Of a DNA stretch of 64,000 nucleotides, positions 30,603 to 39,683 are shown in pieces. Within the stretch, counting starts at the first letter, position 1. The number at the start of each line of letters is the position of its first letter. A program made the translations under genes and the position numbers. The notes under the pieces are model-generated. The model was not told the DNA's origin. It made no database searches and was given only the letters and a program-made list of their open reading frames with translations. Source of the DNA: an uncultured delta proteobacterium (GTDB lineage Bacteria; Desulfobacterota; Desulfomonilia; UBA1062); the NCBI GenBank assembly GCA_963798485.1, contig CAWCTR010000007.1, positions 512,001-576,000 of the forward strand, given 5' to 3'.

Positions 30603-33600
30603 GTGATGAGCAACACTTGTAAAGTATCCCGTAGTGTATCTGCGTGTACCGTAAAACCGCTGCTTCTCACATTCAGGATCATGGCATCCCTGCTCCTGCT
30701 GTATATCCTCATCATACCCTTCATGAATAGGGCTACAGCCTGTACCGTCAAGGCCTGTCCGCAGAACATCATGGAGAATGTTATTTTTGACAAGAACATG
30801 CCCCTGGGAAGCGAAGTCGTACTTGACAGCGCCTTGTTTGGGATAACAGGCAACCCACTTTATTATGAATGGTGCGGCCCGTTTACCTGGATAACCGGAC
30901 CCAACCCTCTCGTATTCATACCCGAAGGTACCTATGCAGTTACGTTAGTTACTAACAATGGAATACAACGATCGAGTCCGGCAACCCTTTATTTCAAAGT
31001 CGAGCCTGACTATTCTGTCTTCACGGCTGCATTCAAGGGGAAGGTAGTCCTAACCTGGTTCCCGGTAAAAGGGGTTCAGGATTATAAAATCTTTCGTGCA
31101 CTTGAGATCGACCCCTCTCATTATCAACAAATAGCCGAGCTGCACCCATCAGCGCTTATCTATACGGATAGTGGTCTCAAAGACGCCACATATTTATATG
31201 TGATCGGGGCATTGGTAAACGGGGCATGGACTTATTCCCATGTATCAGGCGCCCACCCATTCTCCACCTGTCCCAAACTGAATTATCCCCCGGTTATTTA
31301 TACCAACCCAGTCATCCCAGCCATCGTTGGCCTGCCCTATACCTATACTGTTCTGGCAGCGGACCCGCAGGGTGATGCGGTAACCTATTCCCTGGTCAAT
31401 CCTCCTGTTGGTATGACGATCAATGCCAAAACAGGACTTATCTGCTGGGTTCCTCAATCCAATGGTGATTATGAGGTCATTGTCAAGGCCTGTGATGGAA
31501 GGGGGGGAAGCACATATCAGACCTATATCATCGAAGCGAACGAGATGCCTGCGCTCAACAGGAATCCTGTAGCCAATGCAGGTGGCCCTTATACAGCTCA
31601 GGTGGGCCGGAATATACTGTTTAATGGTTCAGCCTCGTATGACCCTGATGGCGATCCGCTTCAATTCGCCTGGAGTTTTGGCGACGGTTTGGCAGGGAGC
31701 GGTGTCACTCCCAGCCACTCATACACCACTCCGGGGACATACCCAGTTACCCTCACGGTATCGGATGGCAAGGGGGGAACGGCATCGGCAAGCACCACAG
31801 CGACAGTGACACAGTGCATGAAACCCTCGGTGCAGTTTTCCATCGATCCTTCTGCGGCACATCCGGGCGACCCATGCACCCTGATCTGGTCCACAGGAAA
31901 TGCAACCTCCGTCAGCATCGACAAGGGAATCGGAACAGTCTCTGCTTCCGGTACGGTAACGGTTCACCCCCAGGCCACCACAACGTATACGATTACCGCT
32001 GTTAGCTCATGCGGTACTGCAAGCCAGTCAGCCACGGTCATTGTGAGCCAGCCACCCATGGTGAATATGAGTGCAGTTCCGGGCACCATTGTTTCAGGAC
32101 AGACATCGCAGTTGTCATGGACGTCCGCCAATGCAGCCACCCTCACCATAGACCAGGGCATCGGCTCTGTGATACCAAACGGCTCTCTTTCCGTATCACC
32201 CGCAATCACCACGACCTATACCATAACTGCAACAGGACCTGGAGGCACAACGACCGCCACGGCCACGATCACCGTGTTCCAGCCTCCGCACGTGAGTATA
32301 TCGGTTCAGCCCTTGACTATCATCGAAGGGGACAGTGCAACCCTCACATGGTCATCAGACCACGCAGACTCTGCATCTTTGGACAACGGTATAGGGTCTG
32401 TCGATGTGAAGGGATCAATGCCGGTCTCGCCCACCGATACGGCCACTTACACTATAACGGTCCAGGGACCCGGCGGCACAGCCACGGCAAGCACCACCGT
32501 CACCGTGCGCCATAAGCCCACCGTCACCATCACTGCATCTCCCAACCCTATCAATGCAGGCGATATAACTACCCTTACGTGGACCACTACCAATGCCGAT
32601 TCCGCAACGATTGACTCAGGTATAGGGGATGTGGACGTCAATGGTTCCATGGATAGAGAAATCGACGACCCAGGGCCATTCACCTTTACCATTACCGTCA
32701 CAGGTCCAGGCGGTACGGCAACAGCAAGCGTGACGGTAGAGGTGCTTGCACCTCCGGCGCAGAGGAACGCATATGCCTACTTTACGAACAGGAACAGCAA
32801 TGATGTCTCGGTAGTGGATCTCACGATGAATGCGGTGATCTCACACATAGAAGTGGGATATGGCCCCTATGGTGTAGCCGTAAGCCCTGATGGTGATACG
32901 GCCTATGTCACGAGCGCAGAGAAGGGGATATCCATTATCGATGCGGCTTCAAACACCATAACCAGGACGATACCAGTATTTGTGGACACCATCGCAGTAA
33001 GCCCTGACGGGAAAAGCCTTTATGGGGTGTCAATGAATGAAGGCATGCTCAAGGACATAGATATCGCCACAGGGGCGGTTGTGAAATCCATTGAAGCGGG
33101 CCCCACTCCTCATGGCATTACCGTAAACAACGAAGGTACGCGCATTTATGTGAGCTCACTCGATGACGGTAAGGTGAGGATCATCGATGCAACGACTTTG
33201 GGTGTGATCGCAGAGATAGTGGTAACAGAACCAGGCGATCCGATATGGGATGTTGAGGTGAGTCCATGCGGATCGAAAGTATATGCCGTTTCATCCAGAT
33301 TCTGCACGCTCTCCGTAATCGACGGTAAAACCAACTCAGTTATAGGAAGCCATCCCTATCATCCCTATTTAGGGGAAGGGGAATCGTTTATTTCCGAATG
33401 TCATATTGCAGTGAGCCCTTATGGGCAGATGATTGCGTTGAGCGATATCTCAATGTCAATAATGCCCAGGACAATATATCTCATCGACAGCCAGTCATTG
33501 GATGTTTTGAGTTGGTTCCCTGCCGTGGCTCCTTCTGATCTGACTTTCACTGCCGACGGATCGGTCATCTACTGCCCGGATAGCAGGATTAACGGGGTTT

Positions 33601-35462
33601 ATTTTGTAGACATGTGCGCCCAGTGGTTCGAAGGCACCATTGAAGGAGATTTCTCCGATCCAAGTACGTACGGGCATTTCATAGCAGAGCACAAGGAGAA
33701 GATATCAGGCAGGGTCGTATCGGATGGTTCGGGTGTTGAAGGAGTTGTTGTTTCTCTCTCGAATGATAATATAAATTTATGTGTTTCCTCAGACTCTCAG
33801 GGTCAGTACTTTTTCTATGCCACTCCGGGCCAGTATACCATTTCCTATTCCGGCAACGGATATGTCCTTTCCAATCAGAGTCAGGCGGTGGATGTTGAAG
33901 ACAAGGCGGTATCCATGCCGGATGTTGAGGTGCTGCTGGGTGTAAGGATGTGGGCCGAGCCTTATACGATCATCAACGGCGGGTCTACCGTGCTCCATTG
34001 GAACTCAGCCAAGGCTGCGGGCGTCACCATCGACCACGGCATCGGTGCTGTCGGTGCAAGCGGCTCTCTTGCCGTTTCGCCGGCTGGGACTTCGACATAC
34101 TCCATAACAGCGACCGATGCTCAGGGTATGACAGTAACGGACCATGTGACCATAACGGTGTATCAGCTTCCCACAGTGAGCATTACCGCCGATCCGCAGA
34201 CCATCATCCAGGGTCAGAGTGTAATCATATCATGGACAAGCGCTAATGCTGATACCGCATTCCTGGAGCGTATGGGAAGTAATGTTGGGGCATCGGGTTC
34301 CTTCATGGATGCCCCCTGGGAGACTACCACCTACACCATTACAGCTACCGGCCCTGGCGGAACTGCAACCGCATCCGTTACGGTAACCGTGTATGTTCCT
34401 CCAACGGTGACGATTACTGCAGATCCGTCCACCATCTACGCAGGTCAGTCCTCGACGTTGACCCGGACATCTACGGATGCGGATCAAGTGAGCATAGACA
34501 ACGGCATCGGCAACGTAGATCCGAATGGTTCCTTGGTGGTGAGCCCCACGCAGACAAGCACATACACAATAACCGCCACCGGACCGGGTGGTACTTCAAC
34601 CGCATCGGTGACAATAACCGTGAACAGTGTAATCAATATTACTATCGACTCGCCCACAAACGGTACAACCATCAACCGGCCCGATATCCTGGTGCGGGGT
34701 ACGGTGAGCAATGCGTACAATAACGAGACCGGCATCACCATCAATGGTACGCCTGCTGTCGTGTGCCAGGGCCGGTATTTTGTGAACCATGTGCCGCTTA
34801 CTGATGGGAGTAATACCATTACGGTGCATGCCATGGATACCCAGGGCAATTCACTCGATAAGACCATTGCGGTCACTGCAAACACCACACAGCCATACAT
34901 CACGCTCTCACCGGTCGATTCGTTTGGGATTGCGCCATTTGATACTAACCTTAATATCAATGCCGTCTTCACGCCGGACAGCTTGAGCTTCTCGGATACC
35001 AGCCAGGGGCAGATCCAGTATTTTGCCGGTACCGACCCAAATACGTGGACAGCCTCCATTCCCAGCTCTGGAGTCTATTATGTCACAGCCCAGGCGACTT
35101 ATAGCGGCTATACCTTTACCGATACCATCGGCGTGATTGCATACGACAAGGCATCACTGGATGCCATGCTCCGGCAGAAGTGGGAAGCTATGCGGACCGC
35201 TCTCTTGAATAACGACATCCAGGCTGCGGTGAAGGATATATCCAGCAGGACCCAGAGCAACTACCAGGATATCTTCAGCTCACTTACACCGGAGCATCGA
35301 GCCAGCCTCGTGGACGAGTTGGGGGATATCCAGCTCATTAATATGAGCGGCAACAAAGTTGAATACGATATTCAAACTATCCGGAATGGGACCCGCTATT
35401 CCTTCTACCTTCTCTTTGAGGTAGACGAAATGGATGGCAGGTGGAAGATCGCCAACTTCTAA
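30603..35462 (+). CDS. Large exported protein (1619 aa): Fn3/cadherin-like and PKD domains, seven ~77-aa Ig-like repeats, YVTN-type beta-propeller, C-terminal domain of unknown function
   Basis: AGGAGG RBS, hydrophobic leader, PKD motif WSFGDG, repeats ending TYTITATGPGGT.TASVTVTV, propeller blades (GVAVSPDGDTAYVT). Confidence 0.85.
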   Translation: MMSNTCKVSRSVSACTVKPLLLTFRIMASLLLLYILIIPFMNRATACTVKACPQNIMENVIFDKNMPLGSEVVLDSALFGITGNPLYYEWCGPFTWITGPNPLVFIPEGTYAVTLVTNNGIQRSSPATLYFKVEPDYSVFTAAFKGKVVLTWFPVKGVQDYKIFRALEIDPSHYQQIAELHPSALIYTDSGLKDATYLYVIGALVNGAWTYSHVSGAHPFSTCPKLNYPPVIYTNPVIPAIVGLPYTYTVLAADPQGDAVTYSLVNPPVGMTINAKTGLICWVPQSNGDYEVIVKACDGRGGSTYQTYIIEANEMPALNRNPVANAGGPYTAQVGRNILFNGSASYDPDGDPLQFAWSFGDGLAGSGVTPSHSYTTPGTYPVTLTVSDGKGGTASASTTATVTQCMKPSVQFSIDPSAAHPGDPCTLIWSTGNATSVSIDKGIGTVSASGTVTVHPQATTTYTITAVSSCGTASQSATVIVSQPPMVNMSAVPGTIVSGQTSQLSWTSANAATLTIDQGIGSVIPNGSLSVSPAITTTYTITATGPGGTTTATATITVFQPPHVSISVQPLTIIEGDSATLTWSSDHADSASLDNGIGSVDVKGSMPVSPTDTATYTITVQGPGGTATASTTVTVRHKPTVTITASPNPINAGDITTLTWTTTNADSATIDSGIGDVDVNGSMDREIDDPGPFTFTITVTGPGGTATASVTVEVLAPPAQRNAYAYFTNRNSNDVSVVDLTMNAVISHIEVGYGPYGVAVSPDGDTAYVTSAEKGISIIDAASNTITRTIPVFVDTIAVSPDGKSLYGVSMNEGMLKDIDIATGAVVKSIEAGPTPHGITVNNEGTRIYVSSLDDGKVRIIDATTLGVIAEIVVTEPGDPIWDVEVSPCGSKVYAVSSRFCTLSVIDGKTNSVIGSHPYHPYLGEGESFISECHIAVSPYGQMIALSDISMSIMPRTIYLIDSQSLDVLSWFPAVAPSDLTFTADGSVIYCPDSRINGVYFVDMCAQWFEGTIEGDFSDPSTYGHFIAEHKEKISGRVVSDGSGVEGVVVSLSNDNINLCVSSDSQGQYFFYATPGQYTISYSGNGYVLSNQSQAVDVEDKAVSMPDVEVLLGVRMWAEPYTIINGGSTVLHWNSAKAAGVTIDHGIGAVGASGSLAVSPAGTSTYSITATDAQGMTVTDHVTITVYQLPTVSITADPQTIIQGQSVIISWTSANADTAFLERMGSNVGASGSFMDAPWETTTYTITATGPGGTATASVTVTVYVPPTVTITADPSTIYAGQSSTLTRTSTDADQVSIDNGIGNVDPNGSLVVSPTQTSTYTITATGPGGTSTASVTITVNSVINITIDSPTNGTTINRPDILVRGTVSNAYNNETGITINGTPAVVCQGRYFVNHVPLTDGSNTITVHAMDTQGNSLDKTIAVTANTTQPYITLSPVDSFGIAPFDTNLNINAVFTPDSLSFSDTSQGQIQYFAGTDPNTWTASIPSSGVYYVTAQATYSGYTFTDTIGVIAYDKASLDAMLRQKWEAMRTALLNNDIQAAVKDISSRTQSNYQDIFSSLTPEHRASLVDELGDIQLINMSGNKVEYDIQTIRNGTRYSFYLLFEVDEMDGRWKIANF
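31820..34625 (+). repeat. Seven intragenic ~230-bp Ig-like repeats (four at about 31820-32745, three at about 33940-34625)
   Basis: Protein consensus P.V.I.A.P..I..G....L.W....A....ID.GIG.V...GS..VSP..T.TYTITA.GPGGT; diverged at DNA level. Confidence 0.8.
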
Positions 35463-35476
35463 AAAGGAAGGTGCAT

Positions 35477-36226
35477 ATGAAAACAGCAATCTGGGTTCAT
35501 ATATTGATAGTGTATTTGGTTCTTATCCCAGCTGTACTTTTTGGATTCGACATGCCTGGGCATGCGACCTTTCACGGCAAGGTGATCGACGCGGACACGC
35601 TTAAGCCTATAGAGGGCACGGTGGTGTATGCTCTATGGGAATCATGCCGCTCTGGGATAGGGAGCGGATCATGTCAGACAGGCATGGTAAAAGAAGTCCT
35701 CACTGATGCCAATGGAGAATGGCAGATAACAGGCCCGAAAGGGAATGATGATCCCGGGTTCCTTCGTTCGATACTTGGGTTCATCGTTCCCTGGAATGAG
35801 TCTCCTCGGATTGGATATTACAAGCCCGGGTACTTCCCCCGGTGGACGAAATTAGGCTGGTTCACATCATATGCATATGTGAATAAGACTGATAATTTGG
35901 AGGGAATCATATTATTCCGCATGGGAGATACAGAAGAAGAAAAGATTAGATTCATGAAACAATGGGGGGATTGTCATTGCTACCCTTTTATCCCAGTCAG
36001 AGATCCTGAACAGAGGCTACGTACCCTTGATTTTGATTTCCAGTATCCAGCAAATGTTAGACGCATACCCAGTGTTGATCTTAAAATGTTGTATGAAGTC
36101 ATAGGCCTCAAGCGGGCAGTAACACCTGAAGAGAAGAGGGATGCGAGAAGATTATTACCATCTACTGTTACAATCCAGTTGTGGAACCTGCCTTTGTTGA
36201 AGAAAGCACTTGATGATCATGATTGA
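35477..36226 (+). CDS. Exported protein with carboxypeptidase-regulatory-like (transthyretin-fold) N-terminal domain
   Basis: Signal peptide, then FHGKVIDADTLKPIEGTVVYALW...LTDANGEW...YKPGY. Confidence 0.7.
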   Translation: MKTAIWVHILIVYLVLIPAVLFGFDMPGHATFHGKVIDADTLKPIEGTVVYALWESCRSGIGSGSCQTGMVKEVLTDANGEWQITGPKGNDDPGFLRSILGFIVPWNESPRIGYYKPGYFPRWTKLGWFTSYAYVNKTDNLEGIILFRMGDTEEEKIRFMKQWGDCHCYPFIPVRDPEQRLRTLDFDFQYPANVRRIPSVDLKMLYEVIGLKRAVTPEEKRDARRLLPSTVTIQLWNLPLLKKALDDHD

Positions 36227-36251
36227 TGCAATGGGAAGAGGAGGAAAGACC

Positions 36252-38489
36252 ATGTCTAGAAGGATTATATGTATAGTATTGGCGTCCATTATTCTCATAA
36301 CTTATGGAATAGAGTGTTGGGGTTATAATGGTGAAGAACATGCGGCAATAGACGATTGGATACTAGATAATTCAGTCGGGTTTGATATGGATGACTATGT
36401 ACGAAATAGCCTGGGGATAGATAGTGGGATGAGGGGAAAGAGCATACGATCTGTGAATATCCTCAATTGGTTGACCATTATCAACTATAATTCTCCCCAA
36501 GAACTGATTGCCCAGGGAGGTAAGGATGAGGATAGCCCTTTCTGGCGATGCAGGTATCACTTTCATGATCCTTTACAGCTTTGGGGCCAGGCTGGTTACC
36601 ATTACTCAGGTATTAGTGCTGACTCATCCATAATCTGGGCGCAGAAGAATAAAGGCGAACAGTCCTTCTGGAACGGTGGCAATTACAGCTGGTATGACGC
36701 ACGGGATTACTTTTACAAAGCCCTCACTGGAACCGATGCTGATCAGAGGAATAGCGATCTTTATTCCACTTTCCTTGCAGTTGGCCACCTCATGCACCTG
36801 ATCCAGGACAGCTCCTGCCCCGAGCATGTACGAAATGATTCACATGGAGTTAGTAAAAGTGTGTTTGAAAAATTGCTGACATACTATAATGATGGAAATA
36901 AAGTAATTGAGTATTCTAAGTTCCAGGGATGGCTCCAAAGCGGTCAGAACTATAACTACCCCTTCTTCAACGCACTCTTCCCTGCATCACTGCTTGGCCT
37001 CGACACCCTTCCTTCCAATGCACGGATTCCCATAGCCAGGATAGTTGATACGGACAGGTATACAGGCGACAATCCTAATGTCACCTTGGATCCATTGATC
37101 GGCCTGGCGGAATTCACCAATGCAAACTTCCTCAGCCAGGGTAGGATCTTCGAAGGGTATGACTATCCGAACAAAGACAGCAGCGTGACGAAAGAGGTCT
37201 ATGAAATAGCCGATCCAAGGAATAATGGATCAAATATAGAACGAGAATACCTGAAGAAAACCGGTAACGGCGCCACCGGATACAGGCTCAGCACGACATC
37301 CATTACCGGGGCATATCAAACTGATCTCCTCGACCCTATCAAAATCTATAGGGTGAGCGCCTTAGATAACAATGTACTGGAAGACTATGCTGCGCAATTG
37401 ATACCTCGTGCTGAAAACTATTCCGCTGCGCTGCTCAATTATTTCTTCCGGGGCACCATGGAGATCACACTGCCGCCAAACGGACTATATACCTCCAGGG
37501 ATACCGAGCCCGGTGACCCAACAACACAGGGTTTCAACAAGGTGAATCTGCTCGTTAGAAACACTACCAGCACCGGCGAGCAGATGCTGGGAGGTGAGAT
37601 CGATCTGGTCGTCCAGTACAGGTTTTTGACGGACAGTGAGAATGGCGGCGTCCCAAAGAATCCTTTTATAAGTGATACGTATGCCGGTCTTCCTGGCGAT
37701 ATGTCTCATTTCCATCCATCAAAACCCCAGTATATCGTGGTGAAAAATACTATCGATAAAGGTAAAATCGATTCAGTTACTCCGTACCCTCTGGAGTTTG
37801 ACCTCAGCGGCCAGGAAATTCCACTTTGGGCCGTGGATGTGAGGTTCTTTGTCGTATACAAGGGGGATCTGGGTAAAGATGGGGATGGAGAATATGTGGA
37901 AAAAGATGCCATTTGCGTGGGATTTAAAGACGTCTCAGAGCCTACGCCGATCGTTTTTGGCAACAGCGATGATATATTTTGCTATAATGGAACATGGGTT
38001 TATGACCTGAACATTCAACAAAATCTTGATAATTTTAAAGAAGCTAATAAAGACAATCCCTGTATTCAAGACATGACTTCAGATGCTATCCTGAATCTGA
38101 GCATCAGCTTCTCGCCAAATGGAATGACACCCGTTCACTATGGTACCGTTGATGAAATCGATCCAGGTCAATATCAAAGGATGTACGTGATCACCGATTA
38201 TGATGCCACACTCAATTATTATTCAAATTCTTTTTCCCAGCCAAGCAATACTGAAAATAAATTCGGGCTGAGAAACGGAATGGAGAACATAAATAATACA
38301 CTCACATGGATCTATCCAACATTCATTGATAAATATAGGGGCATAGAACAATGGAGTGGGAGTTTTTTTGTACAATGGTGCGCGAGTTGTCTCGATAGTA
38401 GTAACTGTGAGGGATGTGACGATAACGCCATAAATAAAGACCTTGTGCCTTGTCCTATTTGTATCTTGACCCCTACGACAACACCATAA
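36252..38489 (+). CDS. Exported protein with Zn-dependent phospholipase C / P1-nuclease-like N-terminal domain
   Basis: Signal peptide, YNGEEH, HFHDP, GHLMHLIQD...PEH, FE spacing typical of the PLC/P1 fold; Cys-rich C-terminus. Confidence 0.6.
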   Translation: MSRRIICIVLASIILITYGIECWGYNGEEHAAIDDWILDNSVGFDMDDYVRNSLGIDSGMRGKSIRSVNILNWLTIINYNSPQELIAQGGKDEDSPFWRCRYHFHDPLQLWGQAGYHYSGISADSSIIWAQKNKGEQSFWNGGNYSWYDARDYFYKALTGTDADQRNSDLYSTFLAVGHLMHLIQDSSCPEHVRNDSHGVSKSVFEKLLTYYNDGNKVIEYSKFQGWLQSGQNYNYPFFNALFPASLLGLDTLPSNARIPIARIVDTDRYTGDNPNVTLDPLIGLAEFTNANFLSQGRIFEGYDYPNKDSSVTKEVYEIADPRNNGSNIEREYLKKTGNGATGYRLSTTSITGAYQTDLLDPIKIYRVSALDNNVLEDYAAQLIPRAENYSAALLNYFFRGTMEITLPPNGLYTSRDTEPGDPTTQGFNKVNLLVRNTTSTGEQMLGGEIDLVVQYRFLTDSENGGVPKNPFISDTYAGLPGDMSHFHPSKPQYIVVKNTIDKGKIDSVTPYPLEFDLSGQEIPLWAVDVRFFVVYKGDLGKDGDGEYVEKDAICVGFKDVSEPTPIVFGNSDDIFCYNGTWVYDLNIQQNLDNFKEANKDNPCIQDMTSDAILNLSISFSPNGMTPVHYGTVDEIDPGQYQRMYVITDYDATLNYYSNSFSQPSNTENKFGLRNGMENINNTLTWIYPTFIDKYRGIEQWSGSFFVQWCASCLDSSNCEGCDDNAINKDLVPCPICILTPTTTP

Positions 38490-38516
38490 GGGGCCGGAAT
38501 TCTTTTCAAAGGGAAA

Positions 38517-38550
38517 AGGGGACATATTTCTATTTAGTAATATCTCTCCT
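38517..38550. terminator. Imperfect hairpin between convergent genes
   Basis: AGGGGACATATT...AATATCTCTCCT. Confidence 0.35.
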
Positions 38551-38555
38551 CACAC

Positions 38556-39566
38556 TCAATTCTTTTTCGCGAACTGTTCGTATTCCAGGACATCGTCCTT
38601 GGAACCGATGATGAGCGGCACCCGCTGGTGCAATGCCGTAGGCTTGATGCCCAGGATCGGCTCATAGCCTGTCGATGCATACCCCCCTGCCTGCTCGGCT
38701 ATGAATGCCAGCGGGTTGGCCTCGTAGAGGAGCCTGAGTTTGCCCGTGGGTTTCTTGGGGTCTTTGGTGTCTTCCGGGTAGAGGAAGATGCCGCCCTTGA
38801 GGAGATTCCTGTGGAAGTCCGCCACCAGCGAGCCGATATAGCGCGATGAATACGGCTTCTTCAGGGTGTTTTTCTCGGATTTCAGGTAGTCGATATATTC
38901 CTTGGTGCCGGGCTTCCAGTAGGGGCAGTTGCCCTCGTTTGTGCTGTAGATCTTTCCGCGCTTGGGCATGGTGATGTTGGGGTGCGACAGAATGAATTCG
39001 CCCACGCTCGGGTCCAGGCTGAAGCCGTTGACCCCGTTGCCTGTGGAATAGACAAGGATAGTGCTGGAGCTGTAGATGATGTACCCGGCGCCAAAAAGCT
39101 TGTGTCCGGGCTGGAGGCAGTCATTCAGGGTGCCGTTGCCGCTTTCGGTGACCCTCTTGTAGATGCCGAAGATGGTGCCGATGGACACATTCACATCGAT
39201 GTTGGTGGAACCGTCCAAGGGGTCGAACATCACCACGTAGTCGCCCTTGGGGTAATCATCGGGTATTCTGATCATGTCCGGTTCTTCTTCCGAGGCCATG
39301 ACGCAGACCTTACCGATATAGTTCAGGGCATTGATGAAGACCTTGTTGGCATACACATCAAGTTTCTGAACCTCTTCACCCTGGATGTTTGTCTTGCCGG
39401 TCCTCCCGAGGATATCCTCCACGAGGCCTGCATGGGCAACCTGTGCAGCTACGACCTTGGCGGCGAAGATGATCTGGCTTAAGATTGAGCTGAAGTCTCC
39501 CTTGCCCCCGTACCTGCGCTGTTCATCCATGATATGGCGGTCCAGGGAGATGATGTTGTCGTTCAT
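38556..39566 (-). CDS. fbp: Class 1 fructose-1,6-bisphosphatase
   Basis: GEEVQKLD, FDPLDGSTNID, RYIGSLVADFHRNLLKGG, GKLRLLYEANP. Confidence 0.96.
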   Translation of the reverse strand: MNDNIISLDRHIMDEQRRYGGKGDFSSILSQIIFAAKVVAAQVAHAGLVEDILGRTGKTNIQGEEVQKLDVYANKVFINALNYIGKVCVMASEEEPDMIRIPDDYPKGDYVVMFDPLDGSTNIDVNVSIGTIFGIYKRVTESGNGTLNDCLQPGHKLFGAGYIIYSSSTILVYSTGNGVNGFSLDPSVGEFILSHPNITMPKRGKIYSTNEGNCPYWKPGTKEYIDYLKSEKNTLKKPYSSRYIGSLVADFHRNLLKGGIFLYPEDTKDPKKPTGKLRLLYEANPLAFIAEQAGGYASTGYEPILGIKPTALHQRVPLIIGSKDDVLEYEQFAKKN

Positions 39567-39621
39567 AGTGCCCCCTTGTGCGTAAAGATGATGGTAGTAA
39601 AAGATTTTGCGAACACCGATC

Positions 39622-39650
39622 ATGATATCTTTAAGCGCTCGAAAAATCAA
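39622..39650 (-). promoter_or_regulatory. Putative sigma70 promoter of fbp
   Basis: Minus strand TTGATT-N17-TATCAT. Confidence 0.5.
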
Positions 39651-39683
39651 GTCGGCACTTAATATTTTTCTCTAAAGAAATTA

